Counted from the stretch's first letter, positions 1 to 13,085 are shown. The stretch: DNA of 64,000 bases from Octopus sinensis (GCF_006345805.1 NC_043007.1:31310001-31374000); one strand, 5' to 3'. Made by a program: numbers and translations. The notes: generated by a model from the sequence alone, not told the origin.

Positions 1-17
1 ACTACTACTACTACTAT

Positions 18-232
18 TCTTTTCTACTATAGGCACAAGGCTTGAAATTTTGGGGGCAAGGGCCAGTCGATTATATCGACTCCAGTATGCAACTGATAAT
101 TAATTTATTGACCCTGAAAGGATGAAAGACAAAGTTGACCTCAGCAGAATTTGAACTCAGAGCATAAAGACAGATGAAATATCACTAAGCATTTCACCCA
201 GTGTGCTAACGATTCTGCCAACTTGCCGCCTT
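18..232 (-). mobile_element. SINE-2 (tRNA-derived) copy
   Basis: Matches the window-wide repeat ggcggcgagctggcagaaacgttagc...gagttcaaattccgccgaggtcgactttgcc, which has a B-box-like GTTCAAATTC. Confidence 0.8.
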
Positions 233-359
233 TACTACTACTACTATTAATCACTACTGTGCACCTGCTAAATACAAAGCCCTGTCAACATGCTTGTGAT
301 CCTTCTACATCTCCTGTACACCATAGCTTATAGTGGGTGCACTGTATGAAATTGCTCCT

Positions 360-600
360 CATCATCATCACTTCGTGTCTGCTTTTCCATGCTGGCATGG
401 GTTAGATGGCTTACACTGGAACCAGTAAGCTGAAGAGCTGCACCAGGCTCCAGTCTGATTTTGGCTTGGTTTCTATGGCTGGATGCCCTTCCTAATGCCA
501 ACCACTCCACAGAATGTACCAGGTGCTTTTTATGTGCCACTGCCACGGGTGCCTTTTACATGTCACCAGCACTGGCCATGACTATGATGTCACTTAGCTT
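360..600 (+). repeat. Repeat-5 (RTE-tail-like element with (CAT)n end)
   Basis: catcatcat...ttttccatgctggcatggg...ctggatgcccttcctaatgccaaccactcc. Recurs at ~1950, 14875, 15480, 16490 and 18800. Confidence 0.7.
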
Positions 601-782
601 GATGTGTCTTCTGATGCACAGCAAATTGCTAAAAATCTCTGCCTAGTCTTTTGCTACCTGTCAAACCGTAATGATTCCCAGGTGTCTTCTTTACTGCAAA
701 TGGAAACCGTTGTTTCAGAGATGTTACTTACCTGGCAAATAAGTTGGTTTCATACTGTGCGTTGAAGGTAGAACAATTAGTA

Positions 783-1165
783 AAAGGTGCAGGTGTGTCT
801 GTGTGGTGAGAGGTTTGTTTCCCAACCACATGGTCCTGGGTTCAGTCCCACTGCGTGGCACCTTCTTCTATAACCTCAGGCTGACCAAAGCCTTGTGGGT
901 GGATTTGGCAGACTGAAACCGAAAGAAACTCATTGTGTGTGAGTGTGTGTATGTGGTGGGATGTCATTTTGTTTGAACCCAGCCTCAGTTGGTAACTGGT
1001 GTTGGTGTGGTTATGTTCCTGTAACTTAGCAGTTTGGCAAAAGAGGCTGATAGAATAAGTAACCAGGCTTTAACAAAAAAAAAAGCACTGTGGTTGATTT
1101 ATTCAACTAAAGTCCTCCAAAGCAGTGCCTCAGCATGGCCAGAGACTAATGACTGAAATGAGTTA
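783..1165 (+). mobile_element. SINE-1 copy (tRNA-like head, internal microsatellite, conserved tail)
   Basis: Head gtgtggt...ccacatggt..gggttcagtcccactgcgtggcacc and tail ...atgactgaaa(c)aagtaaaaga; >15 copies in the window. Confidence 0.75.
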
Positions 1166-1809
1166 AAAATGATTATAGCCTGGACCCTATTCAGAAACAT
1201 GAAAACTGTTAACTTCACTTAACCCTTTAGCTTTCGGATTATTCTGTCAAATGTAAAGCTTATGTTTTCACACCATTTTAAATTAACCCAGCATCAGTTC
1301 ATGGCTTTGGAGTTTCAATGATGTGATTGTTTATTTTTAGAATGACACTCTAAGGTAGTTATGAAAAACCAGATCTGACCAGTTTGAAGATAAAACAGGA
1401 ATATTTTGGCCAGATACGGCCAGTTTAAGCACTAAAGGATTAAACAGTTATTATTTGGTGATAACATTTTTATCCCATCAACTGCAACCTGGTCCATAGA
1501 CATGCAGTTGCAATTCATATGGATCCATGTCATTGCTTAGGTCACAGTTGGTACAACGAAAATTTTGTCACCAAAAAATAAAAGTTTAAGTGAAGTCGAC
1601 AGTTTTTGTGTTTTCAAAATAACTGATATGTATCTTCCATGCTGTAATTGTTAAAAATGTCATCTTTGCTTGGTTTAATATTTCATATTTGGAATTTTAT
1701 CTCTAATTCTTTGAGATATTCAGCTATGAGAACTAGGTCATTGTTACAGAGAAGTCTGTTAGAATTGTCAGTCACAACATCAAGGTTGTTTAGCATTTGC
1801 CATCAAAGT

Positions 1810-1945
1810 AAATCTGTAAGAGAACTCTTATAGAAATGGTCCTTTTGCTCCTCTGCCGATTCTGATTGTGTTGCAAATGCAGAGATCAGTGTTGCTGCTG
1901 TATTACCCACAACCCATCTTTGTTTAATTATTCCGACACATATGC
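1810..1945 (-). pseudogene. Decayed RTE-type LINE APE endonuclease fragment
   Basis: Minus frame IIKQRWVVGNTAATLISAFATQSESAEEQKDHFY resembles the RTE endonuclease motif IISAYAPQ...EEKDxFY. Confidence 0.45.
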
Positions 1946-2104
1946 TGATCATCATCACCATCATCATCATCATTTAACGTCTGTTTTCCATGCTGGCTTG
2001 GGTCAGACAGTTTGACTGGAGCTGGCTAAGCCACCAGGCCACATTGCCTGTTCTAGCACAGTCCCTACAGCTGGATGCTCTTCCTAATGCCAACCACTCC
2101 ACAG

Positions 2105-2174
2105 AATGTACTGGGTTAGGGCCGACCAAAGCCTTGAGTGGTTTTGGTAGACAGAAACTGAAAGAAGCCCATCG

Positions 2175-2249
<75 letters not shown>

Positions 2250-2480
2250 ATATATATGTATATGTGTGTATGTATATGTTTGTGTGTCTGTGTTTGTCTG
2301 CCAACATTGCTTGACAACCAATGCTGGTGTGTTTACATCCCCGTCAGTTAGCGGTTCGGTAACAGAGACCGATAGAATAAGTACTAGGCTTACAAAGAAT
2401 AAGTCCTGGGGTTGATTTGCTCGACTAAAGGCAGTGCTCCAGCATGGCCACAGTCAAATGACTGAAACAAATAAAAGAAT
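2105..2480 (+). mobile_element. SINE-1 copy, 5' truncated
   Basis: ggccgaccaaagccttg...(TA/TG)n...tgactgaaacaaataaaaga. Confidence 0.75.
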
Positions 2481-3316
2481 GTGTGCTGCTGAAATTGGAG
2501 TGTGCATCTAATATTCCTACCTGTCTTTTATGCCATCAGATATGGTTCTTTATTTATTCCCTGCCCTGGTAATGATTTGTCTGTTCTGTCCACTTGAGCA
2601 TCTGCAACTAACCCAGAAAAATTTTCATGTGTTCCTTGTCCCACCACACCAGTTGACAATTGACATTTGGTTGCTTTACATCACTCTAACTTGGCAGTTC
2701 AGCAAAACAGATTGATAAAATAAGTGCCAGACTTACTAAAAAACAAAACAACAAAAAAAAATACTGAAGTTGATTTGTTTGATTGAACCATTCAAGGTGT
2801 GTGCTCCAGCATGGCTGCAGTCCAATGAGTGAAACCAGCGAGAGATAAATGATATTCGTAAAAGATAATGGGAGACATTATTTGGCTGAGTGTATGCTTT
2901 CAGAAACTGAAGGTAACCTTCTTGGATCAAGGGTGGACGGGTAGGGTGAGAACAACCTACCATTAGTTATGTACCATTGTTGTGTTTGTGGCACTTTACA
3001 AATATTCTGGATATCTCAGTCAGAGTCTATTGTTAGCTGTTAATGTGGGATCACATTTTATATGCTACCATACAGAATGGTAATATTAACACAGAATCTT
3101 TACAATTTTCAGGAATTATCTGTGGTTCTTTTGATGGTTTTTCTGTTATTTTTAAAACGATATTTCTGCAGCCTTTTATATGCTTTCATTGCCAGCATAA
3201 ATGTTATCAAGATAAGCTTGGCTCACCAGGTATTATCTCCTTCATTGATTTTTTTTTATATTTCTTCAGCAACCATCACTGTTTTATCATTAATGTTGTA
3301 TCTTTTATGACTTCAG

Positions 3317-3408
3317 GTGATCAAAGAGCACATGAAATTTTCTAAAATAAAATGTGTCATCACAGAAGAGAAAAATTGTCGAGTTTGCAAGAAAAGAATA
3401 GGAAACAG
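3317..3408 (+). CDS. VPS39: VPS39/Vam6 penultimate coding exon (C-terminal Zn-finger, first half)
   Basis: ttcag acceptor, then VIKEHMKFSKIKCVITEEKNCRVCKKRIGN(S), then AG|gtatgt donor (phase 2). Matches the VPS39 C-terminus as I recall it (VQEERILHQQVKCIITEEKVCMVCKKKIGNS) with identical spacing. Confidence 0.92.
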
Positions 3409-4399
3409 GTATGTTAATTACAAAACCTTTTGTTTCATTAAGCTATGAACCGTTAAGGGCTTTTTATTTTCTACTCAAATGTTTGACCCTTTAACATAGT
3501 GGTACTTAACCCCTTTTTTTTTTGCAGCCCCCACCTCATTTTTATGTAGTTGTTATACCTGGTGTCTGCCTAATTGGCAAATGAAATATCACAACTAAAC
3601 ACGGATAATAATTTATTAATTTTACTCTAAAAATGGATTGTATAAGCTTTTAACCATGAAATGATAAAAAATTAATTAAGACAAAAGTTGTAAATTTACT
3701 ATATTCGTTGCAAGTTAATGACTTCCCTCTGCCTGACGAGATCTCATTTTATTTTAATAGCCATCACTAGTTTTATCGTGTATAATATAATTACTACTAT
3801 AGGTCAAATTTAGTAGGTTGCCTTATCACCCACTAAAGCCTTCAACATGCCCATCACATCCTTGAGAGTGGTACTGCCCATGTTGAGACCCTTACTTTAG
3901 CATTTAAACTGGCCAAATCCAACCAAAATAATCTACCTGTTTTATGTCCAGATCAGCCAGATCCAGCCTTTCACCCCTGTCCTACAATGTCTTTCTAAAA
4001 ATACACAATCACATCGTCGAAATCTTGAAGCAATGCACGATTAATTCAAAACAATGTGGATAAATAAGCTTTAAATTTGACAGATTAATCAGAATGTTAA
4101 AGGGTGGATTAACTGTATAGGCACAGGTGTGGCTATGTGGTTAAAAAGCTTGCTTGCTAACCATGTTGGCTTCAGGTTCAGTCCTACTGTGTGGCACTTT
4201 GAGAAAGTGGATTTGGGTGATGGAAACTGAATGAAACCTCTTATATATATTTGTTTATGTGTGTATATATATATGTGTGTGTGTGTAGCCTTGTCCTGAT
4301 ATCACTTGATGGTTATAAATGAGCATCACTATCATACAAGTGATATTGTCTGTCTTCAGTCTTCTATGAAAAACATGTCTGACCAAGGGGCAAATATTC

Positions 4400-4840
4400 C
4401 TTTCCACTATAGGCTCAAGGCCTGAAATTTTGGGGGAGCGGGTAAGTTGATTACATCAGCCCTAGTGTTCAACTGGTATTCATTTTATCAAGCTGGCCGA
4501 AACGTTAGCACGCCGGGCGAAATGCTTAGCAGTATTTCGCCTGCCGCTACGTTCTGAGTTCAAATTCCGCCGAGGTCGACTTTGCCTTTCATCCTTTCGG
4601 GGTCAATTAAATAAGTACCAGTTACGCACTGGGGTCGATATAATCAACTTAATCCGTTTGTCTGTCCTTGTTTGTCCCCTAAATGTTTAGCCCCTTGTGA
4701 GTAGTAAAGAAATAGGTATTTATTTTGTCGAGCCTGAAAGGATGAAAGTCAAAGTTGACAATGGAGGGATTTGAAACCAGAACATAAAGACAGACAGAAT
4801 GCTGCAAAGCGTACTAATGATTCTGACAGTTTGCCACTGT
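4400..4840. mobile_element. SINE-2 (+) nested inside SINE-2 (-)
   Basis: Minus copy split into ~4400-4490 and ~4720-4840 by a plus copy at ~4491-4720. Junctions ggtattcattttatc / ggtatttattttgtc. Confidence 0.65.
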
Positions 4841-7197
4841 GGGGGAAATATTACGTTGTTTGGAAGCAGGTGAGGGTTGCCAGTAAGAAGGGTAATTGGC
4901 CATAGAAAATCTGCCTCAATGAATTTGGTCAGGCTCATGCAAACGTGGAAAATTGGACCTGAAATGGTGATGATGATGTTCAAAACAATAAGCAAAATAA
5001 TGGTAGCAATTCATCAATGTCCTATTGGCTTCCTGTCTCAGCAGGACTTGGCATCGGTGCACAGTTAAACCAGCATGGGTTCCTCTTGGAATCATTCTGT
5101 CTTATAAAAACAACCAATCCAATAACATTGAAGAGTCAATATTGTCATAAAAAAAAAAACTGTTTTTCATTAGGTAGAACTAGATGTTATCAATGAGAAT
5201 GAAGAGTTAAATATTTTGGCAATTATGCCACCTAACTGCAACACAAGAAACACTCAGATTCTAACTGTTACAGAACATATTATTAACTAAGTTTTTATCT
5301 TAAGATTTTCTGGTTGGTGGCCAACAAATGTTTATAAATTTTTCTCTTTTCCTCGTCTCTGTTTTACTTGTAATTTGCCAATTTTGTTTTGCCCTATTCT
5401 CATCATTTCTAAGATTTTTTAAAACTTCTGTCTATTCCTGTCTTTAGTTAATATACCCACCATAACCACCTCCACCACCACCATCACTTTTCTCACTCGT
5501 TAAGTTACAAAACGTGTCTGTTATTTTTAGTGATCCATTAGTGCAAACTCTAGTTTCTGAGGCAAAGCTTGAAGCAAAAGCTAGAACAGTTGTGTTAGTA
5601 TTTATTAGTCTGTCTATGTATATAGTAGTAAGCAGTATTTGATATCTGAAGTTCTGTCTGTTCCCTTTCTGCTACAAAAAAAAATAGTACTCTACTGATA
5701 AATTAGTGATGAAGGTTGGAAAAAAAATGACTAATTTCTTTTGATTAATTTCGTTTAAAACCTGACCTTCTGTGTTCGACACCTGAATAGTTTTGTTGCT
5801 ATGTGAAACATGGCCTACATAGACTCACCTACAAATAACCTGCAAACTTCTTATATTTTACTGCATGAAAAATAACAGGCCATAGTAGAAGACACTTGCC
5901 CAAGGCGTCACACAGTGGCAGTGGACCCAAGTACCCCTCCCCCCCCCCACTTGTTCATTTACTTATAATATGATCCATGGAGTGCTCATCAATCTGGAGA
6001 TAAATAATGAACAGGGTGGTTTAGAAATTAGGCCAAGAATGAGAAAAGATTAAACAAAATGACTGGAGTCGGATGTGTAGACATCATTGTTTTAGTGTTC
6101 AATTTTGCATGCTTATGGGGTTGGATGAAATTTGCTGAGGTAGAGTTTCTACAGCCAGATGCTCTTCCTGTCATCAACCCTCACCTATATTCAAGTAAAG
6201 TAATATTTCTCCATGACCAAAAATGATGGACCCTGCTTGTATGACAGTGGCACTCATTTACATCTTGCATGAAGTTAAAGCAAGAAGATAGTAATGTGTG
6301 TGTGTGCGCACACACACACACACATGCACTTACATATACATGAGAGGCTTCATTCAGTTTCCATCTACCAAATCTGTTCACTTAGCGGTTTGGCAAAAGA
6401 AACCGATAGAATAAGTACTAGGCTTACAAAGAATAAGTCCTGGGGGGTCAATTTGCTCGACTAAAGGCGGTGCTCCAGCATGGCCACAGTCAAATGACTG
6501 AAACAAGTAAAAGAGTAAGGCTTTGGTCAGAACTGGGGGAGGGGCTGTAGTAGAAGCCAAAGGTGCCACACAGTGGCACTGCACCAAAGACTATGTGGTT
6601 GGGAAGCAAGCGTCTTGCCACAGCCACACCTGCTCCTCTGAACAGTTGATGAAATACCAGTCATGTGATGCTTGGTGTTAGGGACTTCGAAAGGCAATAT
6701 AGAGAGAGGGGGGTTCCCTCCTTGCTGATCATGGGGGAGGAGTTACGGTTATTAGCAACCAATCAAATGTCTGGAAGAAATACCAAATCCAAGCTCTTCA
6801 GAGTGAAGTATGTTTGATTGTTAATTGGATAATTCATCAGGATCCGATGAGCTAGAAAGCTGTCTCAAGGTCCAGTCATCTGTTCCGATGTGGTTTCTAC
6901 AGCTGGATTCCCTTCCTGATGCCAACCATTTTACATAGTGTACTAAGTGCTTTTTAAGTGGCATTGGTACCAGTGAAGTCACCAAGTAACTTGCAAGATC
7001 AGCTCCATCAACTGAGGCGCAGTGGGGAATGGTATTGAGGGAGGTACTTTATGCCAGCTGATAACAGGTGAAAGTATGATTGAGGGACAGGTGTAAAGGA
7101 GATACATGGAGATAGAGAGAAGATAATGATGAAAATGTGTCAGGGATTACCCTAAAGTTACAGTATAGTGAGTGAAGAAGAAGTGGTATGGGTGGGC

Positions 7198-7422
7198 AAG
7201 CTGGCAGAAACGTTAGCATGCCGGGCGAAATGCGTAGCCGTATTTCGTCTGCCGTTAGGTTCTGAGTTCAAATTCCGCCAAGGCCGACTTTGCCTTTCAT
7301 CCTTTCAGGGTCGATAAATTAAGTACCAGTTATGCACTGGGGTCGATGTAATCGACTTAAACCGTTTGTCCTTGTTTGTCTTCTCTGTGTTTAGCCCCTT
7401 GTGGGTAGTAAAGAAATAGGTA
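7198..7422 (+). mobile_element. SINE-2 copy
   Basis: Core plus tail ending tttagccccttgtgggtagtaaagaaatagg. Flanked by the direct repeat ggtatgggtgggcaag (probable TSD). Confidence 0.85.
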
Positions 7423-8389
7423 TGGGTGGGCAAGTAGGTTCATGGGAGACGGATAGAGGGAAACACAGTGAATAAAAGATGAAAGACCTTTCATCGTGGG
7501 TCTCTGCAATTAAGGTTGATTCTGTACTAAACAACAACAACAGCAACAGCAACAGCAGGTTGTGTTTTGATTGCAGATTGGGAGAGCCAAATGGAAAGAA
7601 AATCTCTTCCTGGTTAGGATACCAATGTCTGTTGCTCATCACGCATCTTATGACTGGATTTAAACTCAGTGCAACAAGTTAATGAATCACCTGTTAATTT
7701 CAGAGTGCAGCTGTCAGTGGTTATCCTGCAAGAGATGAAGTTAAGTGCTATTAGCAGGATGTGAATCACCAGCTTCTCTCTTGGTTAACCGGTTCCTTAT
7801 TGATTTGCTTCTCCGTACTCTCATGGATGTTATGGATTTTTCTCTGTAATAAAGCTGTCATTGTTAGCCCCAGGTCAGCTCCGATCAAGCAGATGGTTCT
7901 ATGATCAAAGCATTCCAAGCAGGACATCCTAACTCGTCTTTGGACAATGTATCCAGGACTAACTACATTAGCTTAAATATCTTTTTTTTTTAAATCTTAG
8001 GTTGCTTTTTTTCAATAGAAATTTAGCTACTATTTCTAGCATGTCAAGCAACCATATAAAGATTCCCTTGGTAAAAAAAAGAGCTGACCGCCGTTAGTAG
8101 TTGGTACAAATGGGTAGAAAATAGGTTCCACATTTTCTTCACTGTCTATCACTGCAACAAGGCATTATTAGCATGACTTTATGGTTAAGAGGTTTACTTC
8201 TCAACCTCATGGGTTTTGAGTTCAATCCTGTTTCATGGTACCTTAGGGAGTCAGTGTCTTCTATTATGATCTGTGACTGGTGAAAGCCTTGTGACTGAAA
8301 TTTTGTCACCAAAAACTGGAAAATCTTCTCAGAGGCTTCTCATGGGTGGTGGTAGGCTTCATTCATCTTTTAGTCTAACACATAATGCC

Positions 8390-8720
8390 ACTACCCAGTC
8401 TAACATCACCACCGGGTCTAACATCACCACCAAGTCTAATGCCCTCCTCCGATCTAACACCCCTATCTGGTCTAACATCACCACCTAGTCTAATGCTCCT
8501 CCCCTAATCTAACGCCCCTTCCTGGTCTAACACCCCTACCTGGTCTAACACCCCTTCCTGGTCTAACATCACCACCTGGTCTAATACCCACCCCCTTGTC
8601 TAATACCCCCATCTGGTCTAACTCACACACACACTTGGTTTAATGTGCCCACCTGGTCTAGCATCATCATCATCCAGTTTATCACCACCACCCAGTCCTT
8701 AGACCACCACCTGATCATAT
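8390..8720. repeat. Degenerate ~19-20 bp minisatellite (ggtctaacatcaccacct-like)
   Basis: About 15 units sharing a TCTAA core with C-rich spacers. Confidence 0.85.
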
Positions 8721-9414
8721 TCTGTCTAACGCCACATTACTCAAGGATGTAAACGAACCAACACTAGATGTCAAGCAATGGATGGTGGTGGTGGTGGTGG
8801 GGAGTCATGCACACACACACACACACACACACATACATGCATATGCAGCAGGCTTCCACACATTGTCCATCCATCTACCAAATTCACTCACAAGGCATTG
8901 GTTGGCCCCAGGCTTATGTAAGTGAAGAAACTTGCCCAAGGTGCTGTGCAATGGGACTGAACCCGGGAACCATGTAGTTGCATGCAAGTTTCTTAACCAC
9001 ACAGCCAAGCCTGCACTCCAGATAATTTTCAGTTTGATATGTGCTGATTACTTTTTTTTTTTTGTTAATTATTCCATAAAATAATTCCGAGCTTCACAAC
9101 ATTTATTAATTGACAGAGTTTTCCTTTCGCTTTTTTCTTTCTTTCCCGGGGGGGGAGGGGTTCGGCTACGGTGGAGGCGGAGAATAAACTTGTGAAACGG
9201 GTGGTAGTAAAACACAGGGGTGGCAGAGTTGTTAAATCCTCTTCTGAGAAACACCCCCCCCCCACCCGTGCTGGGAGCTGTCCTAATTACTTCTACCTGA
9301 TCTCTTTTCCAAGCATCTACTCCCTACCCATACACCCCCCCCCGTTGACTTTTTGGCATGTTTATATTTCTTTTAGATTAGTCATTAGTGAACTGTTGCC
9401 AATTGGCTGTAGTC

Positions 9415-9856
9415 TTGGTATGCCTGTATGTCTGTCTGTATGTCTGTGTGTCTATATGGGTGTGTATGCATGGCTGTGTGTGTGTTTGTATATCTTTATG
9501 TATATATATAAGTGTATGTCTGTCTGTATGCCAGTATGTATGTGTGTTTGTCTATGTATATATTTGTTTGTATGTATGTGTATGTCTATATATATGTCTG
9601 CATGTATGTCTATGTATGTGTGTGTGAGTCTATGTATGTATGTATGTTTTTTCTCTATCTTTATGTATGTTTGCATGTATGTGTGTGTATATGTTTGTAT
9701 GTGTATATGTGTATGTACGTATGTGTATGTATGTCTAGCTGTTTGTATGTCTGCATGTGTGAGTGTGTGTGTGTGAATGTATATATGTATGCATGTACGT
9801 ACGTATATATGTGTATGTACGTATGTCGGCATGTACGTGTGTGTGTGTGTGTGTAA
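9415..9856. repeat. Compound (TG)/(TATG) microsatellite
   Basis: Direct reading. Confidence 0.9.
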
Positions 9857-10351
9857 CCAGTCTAATGTCAACTTAACATGTTTAAATAAGACTGTTGAAA
9901 TTCAAACTATTGAAATGAAAGAAGTGAATGCCGTTTACTGCATTGACCCGTAAACCCAGATACGAGGTTCGAAGTTCTTTAGAATATTTTGGCCAACAAC
10001 ACTTCAGTCCTCCTCCATTCACCTATTCACAAAATTCATTGCATTTTTAAAATGAATAGCTTTTATCTTTTACTTGCCTCACTCATTGGACTGTGGCCAT
10101 GCTGGGGCACTGCCTTCAAGGAATTATCTTTTGTCTTTTGCTTGTTTCAGTCATTGGATTGTGGCCATGGCTGGGTGGGGCACTGCCTTGAAGGACTCAG
10201 CCAAACAAATTGAGCCCAATTGGTCCTTATTCTATCAGTCTCTTTTGCTGAACCACTCAGTTACAAGGACATAATCAAGCCAACATTGGTTGTCAAGTGT
10301 TGGTGTGGGGACGTGCATGCACACACACACATGTTCAGATCTTCTTACTTG

Positions 10352-10570
10352 CTGCAGAAACGTTAGCACGGCGGGCGAAATGCTTAGCGGTATTTCGTCT
10401 GCTGTTACGTTCTGAGTTCAAATTCTGCCAAGGTTGACTATGTCTTTCATCCTTTCGGGGTCAATAAGTTGAGTACCAGTTATGCACTGGGGTCGATGTA
10501 ATGACTTAATCCCTTTGTCCTTGTTTGTCCCCTCTATGTTTAGCCCCTTGTGAGCAATAAAGAAATAAGA
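10352..10570 (+). mobile_element. SINE-2 copy followed by (TA)n
   Basis: Core and tail match the family. Confidence 0.8.
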
Positions 10571-10597
10571 TATATATATATATATTATATATATATA

Positions 10598-10684
<87 letters not shown>

Positions 10685-10855
10685 CTCTCTCTCTCTCTCC
10701 AGATATATAGGTTTTTATTATTTTGCAATTTACTTAATCATCGGTATATTTTTTATCTTATATTTAATATTTCTATTATATGTAATTTTCTAGATGGTGT
10801 AATTTAATTTTTCATTTTGAATTGATAAAAGGTGGTTTTTTCTAATTTTTATATA

Positions 10856-11252
10856 GGAGTGGCTGTGTGGTAAGTAGCTTGCTTACCAACCACATGGTTC
10901 CGGGTTCAATCTCACTGCGTGGCACCTTAGGCAAGTGTCTTCTACTATAGCCTCGGGCTGACCAAAGCCTTGTGAGTGGATTTGGTAGATGGAAACTGAA
11001 AGAAGCCCGTCATATATATATGTATATATATATATGTGTGTGTGTGTTTGTGTGTCTGTGTTTGTCCCCCTAGCATTGCTTGACAACCGATGCTGGTGTG
11101 TTTATGTCCCCGTTACTTAGCGGTTTGGCAAAAGAGACTGATAGAATAAGTACTGGGCTTACAAAAAAGAATAAGTCCCGGGGTCGAGTTGCTTGATTAA
11201 AGGCGGTGCTCCAGCATGGCTGCAGTCAAATGACTGAAACAAGTAAAAGAGT
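10856..11252 (+). mobile_element. SINE-1 full copy
   Basis: ggagtggctgtgtggtaagtagcttgc...gaaacaagtaaaagagt. Confidence 0.88.
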
Positions 11253-11270
11253 ATATGTATATATATCTCT

Positions 11271-11670
11271 TACTCTTTTACTTATTTCAGTCATTTGACT
11301 GTGGCCATGCTGGAGCACCGCCTTTAGTCAAGCAAATCGGCCCCAGGACTTATTCTTTGTAAGCCTAGTACTTATTCTATCGGTCTCTCTTGCCGAACTG
11401 CTAAGTTACGGGGATGTAAACACACCAGCATCGGTTGTCAAGCGATGTTGGGGGGACAAACACAGAGACACACACACACACGCACGCATGCATGCACTCA
11501 CACACACGACGCATTTCTTTCAGTTTCCATCTACCAAATCCACTCACAAGGCTTTGGTGGCCCGAGGCTATAGTAGAAGGCACTTGCCCAAGGTGCCATG
11601 CAGTGGGACTGAACCCGGAATCACGTGGTTGGTAAGCAAGCTACTTACCACACAGCCACGCCTGCGCCTA
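11271..11670 (-). mobile_element. SINE-1 full copy, inverted relative to 10856-11252
   Basis: Reverse complement of the family consensus. Confidence 0.88.
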
Positions 11671-12038
11671 TGTTTACATTTTGCATTTTCACATGAAACC
11701 ACTTTGTACAAAGACAGTAACAATCTCTGATAAGAAATTACCCTGGAGAATGACTTACCTTTAAGAAATATTTTTTATTGTCTAAGTGAAAATTCTCCAA
11801 GTAAGACAAAAGGAGTGTTCAAACTTTCATCCACCCCTCAGCCATTTGCAGTGAGTGGATGGCAGCAAAACCATTGCAGTGGTGCAACACCCCCTGGTGG
11901 CCAATCAGGGCAATACAAAATATCTGGAGACAAAAAGACACATTTTATATGTTATATGGCAATTCTTTTGACCTAAATATCGACAAGTTTACGATTGATT
12001 TGAAAGAAAGTAAAATTGAAATAATGACACTCATATGG

Positions 12039-12260
12039 TGGAGGCACGTGGCTTAGTGGCTAGGGTGGTCAGCATCATGATCGTAAGATTGTGGTTTCGA
12101 TTCCTGGACCGGGCGACGCATTGTGTTCTTGAGCAAACCACTTCATTTCACATTGCTCCAGTCCACTCTGCTGGCAAAAATGAGTAATGCTGCGATGGAC
12201 TGGCATCCCGTGCAGCTGGGGAACACATACGCCATTGAAACCGGGAAACCATAAGCTTGG
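12039..12260 (+). mobile_element. SINE-4 (tRNA-derived) copy
   Basis: ggaggcacgtggcttagtgg (A-box-like) ...gtttcgattcctgg (B-box-like). Related copies at 14237-14476(-), 28395-28548(-), ~56290-56400(-) and 60250-60500(+). Confidence 0.8.
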
Positions 12261-12265
12261 CTTGT

Positions 12266-12556
12266 GGAGGCGCAATGGCCCAGTGATTAGGGCAGTAGAT
12301 TCGCGGTCGGAGGATGGCAGTTTCAATTCCCAGACCGGGCGTTGTCTGTATTTATTGAGCAAAAATACCTAAAGCTCCACGAGGCTCCAGCAGGGGGTGT
12401 TGGCGACCCCTCTTGTACTCTTTCGCCCCAATTTTCTCTCATTCTCTCTTCCTGTTTCTTGAGTAACGCTGCGATGGACTGGTGTCCTGTCCAGCTGGGG
12501 GGAACACATACACCACAGAAACCAGGGTCCATGAGGCTGGCTAGGCTTGAAAAGGG
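12266..12556 (+). mobile_element. SINE-3 (tRNA-derived) copy
   Basis: ggaggcgcaatggcccagtg..tagggcag...gtttc(a/g)attcccagaccggg. Related copies at 19510, 38361 and 59524. Confidence 0.8.
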
Positions 12557-12877
12557 CGCATAAATAAAATTGAAATAATGACACTCAGATAGCAGTTTAT
12601 TTCTGATGACTTTATGGTTTCATGCCTGAGATGCCAGTATACTGTCACAGAATTGTGTCTACATACACAGATTCATACATTTTGTCTCTACTAAATCCAC
12701 TTTAATCCTTTAGCATTTAAACCGACAATATCTGACCCAAATATTCTACCTGTTTTATGTTCAATCGGGTCAGATCCAGCTTCTCGCACCTGTACTACAA
12801 TGTCATTCTAAAAATAGTCACATTAGTGAAATCTCAAAGCTTCAAGATAATAAATCGTTAATTCAAAATAATTCTTT

Positions 12878-13085
12878 CTACTGGAAGCACAAGGCCTCAA
12901 ATTTGGGGGAAGGGATTAAGTCGATGACATCGAGCCCAGTGCGTAACTGGTACTTATGTAATCGACCGCGAAAGGATGAAGAGCAAAGTCGACCTCGGTT
13001 GTATTTGAACTTAGAGCATAGCGTCAGATGAAATACCGCTAAGCATTTTGCCTGGCGTGCTAACGATTATCCCAGCTCATTGCCT
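12878..13085 (-). mobile_element. SINE-2 copy
   Basis: Reverse complement of the family core. Confidence 0.75.

Noticed and set aside
5173-5290. AG-bounded peptide VELDVINENEELNILAIMPP... in the VPS39 intron
   Set aside because: Open only in phase 0 while the intron is phase 2; no homology.
12039-12120. tRNA-like A/B boxes (also heads of SINE-1, -2 and -3)
   Set aside because: They continue into family-specific bodies and tails and lack a complete cloverleaf; SINE heads, not tRNA genes.
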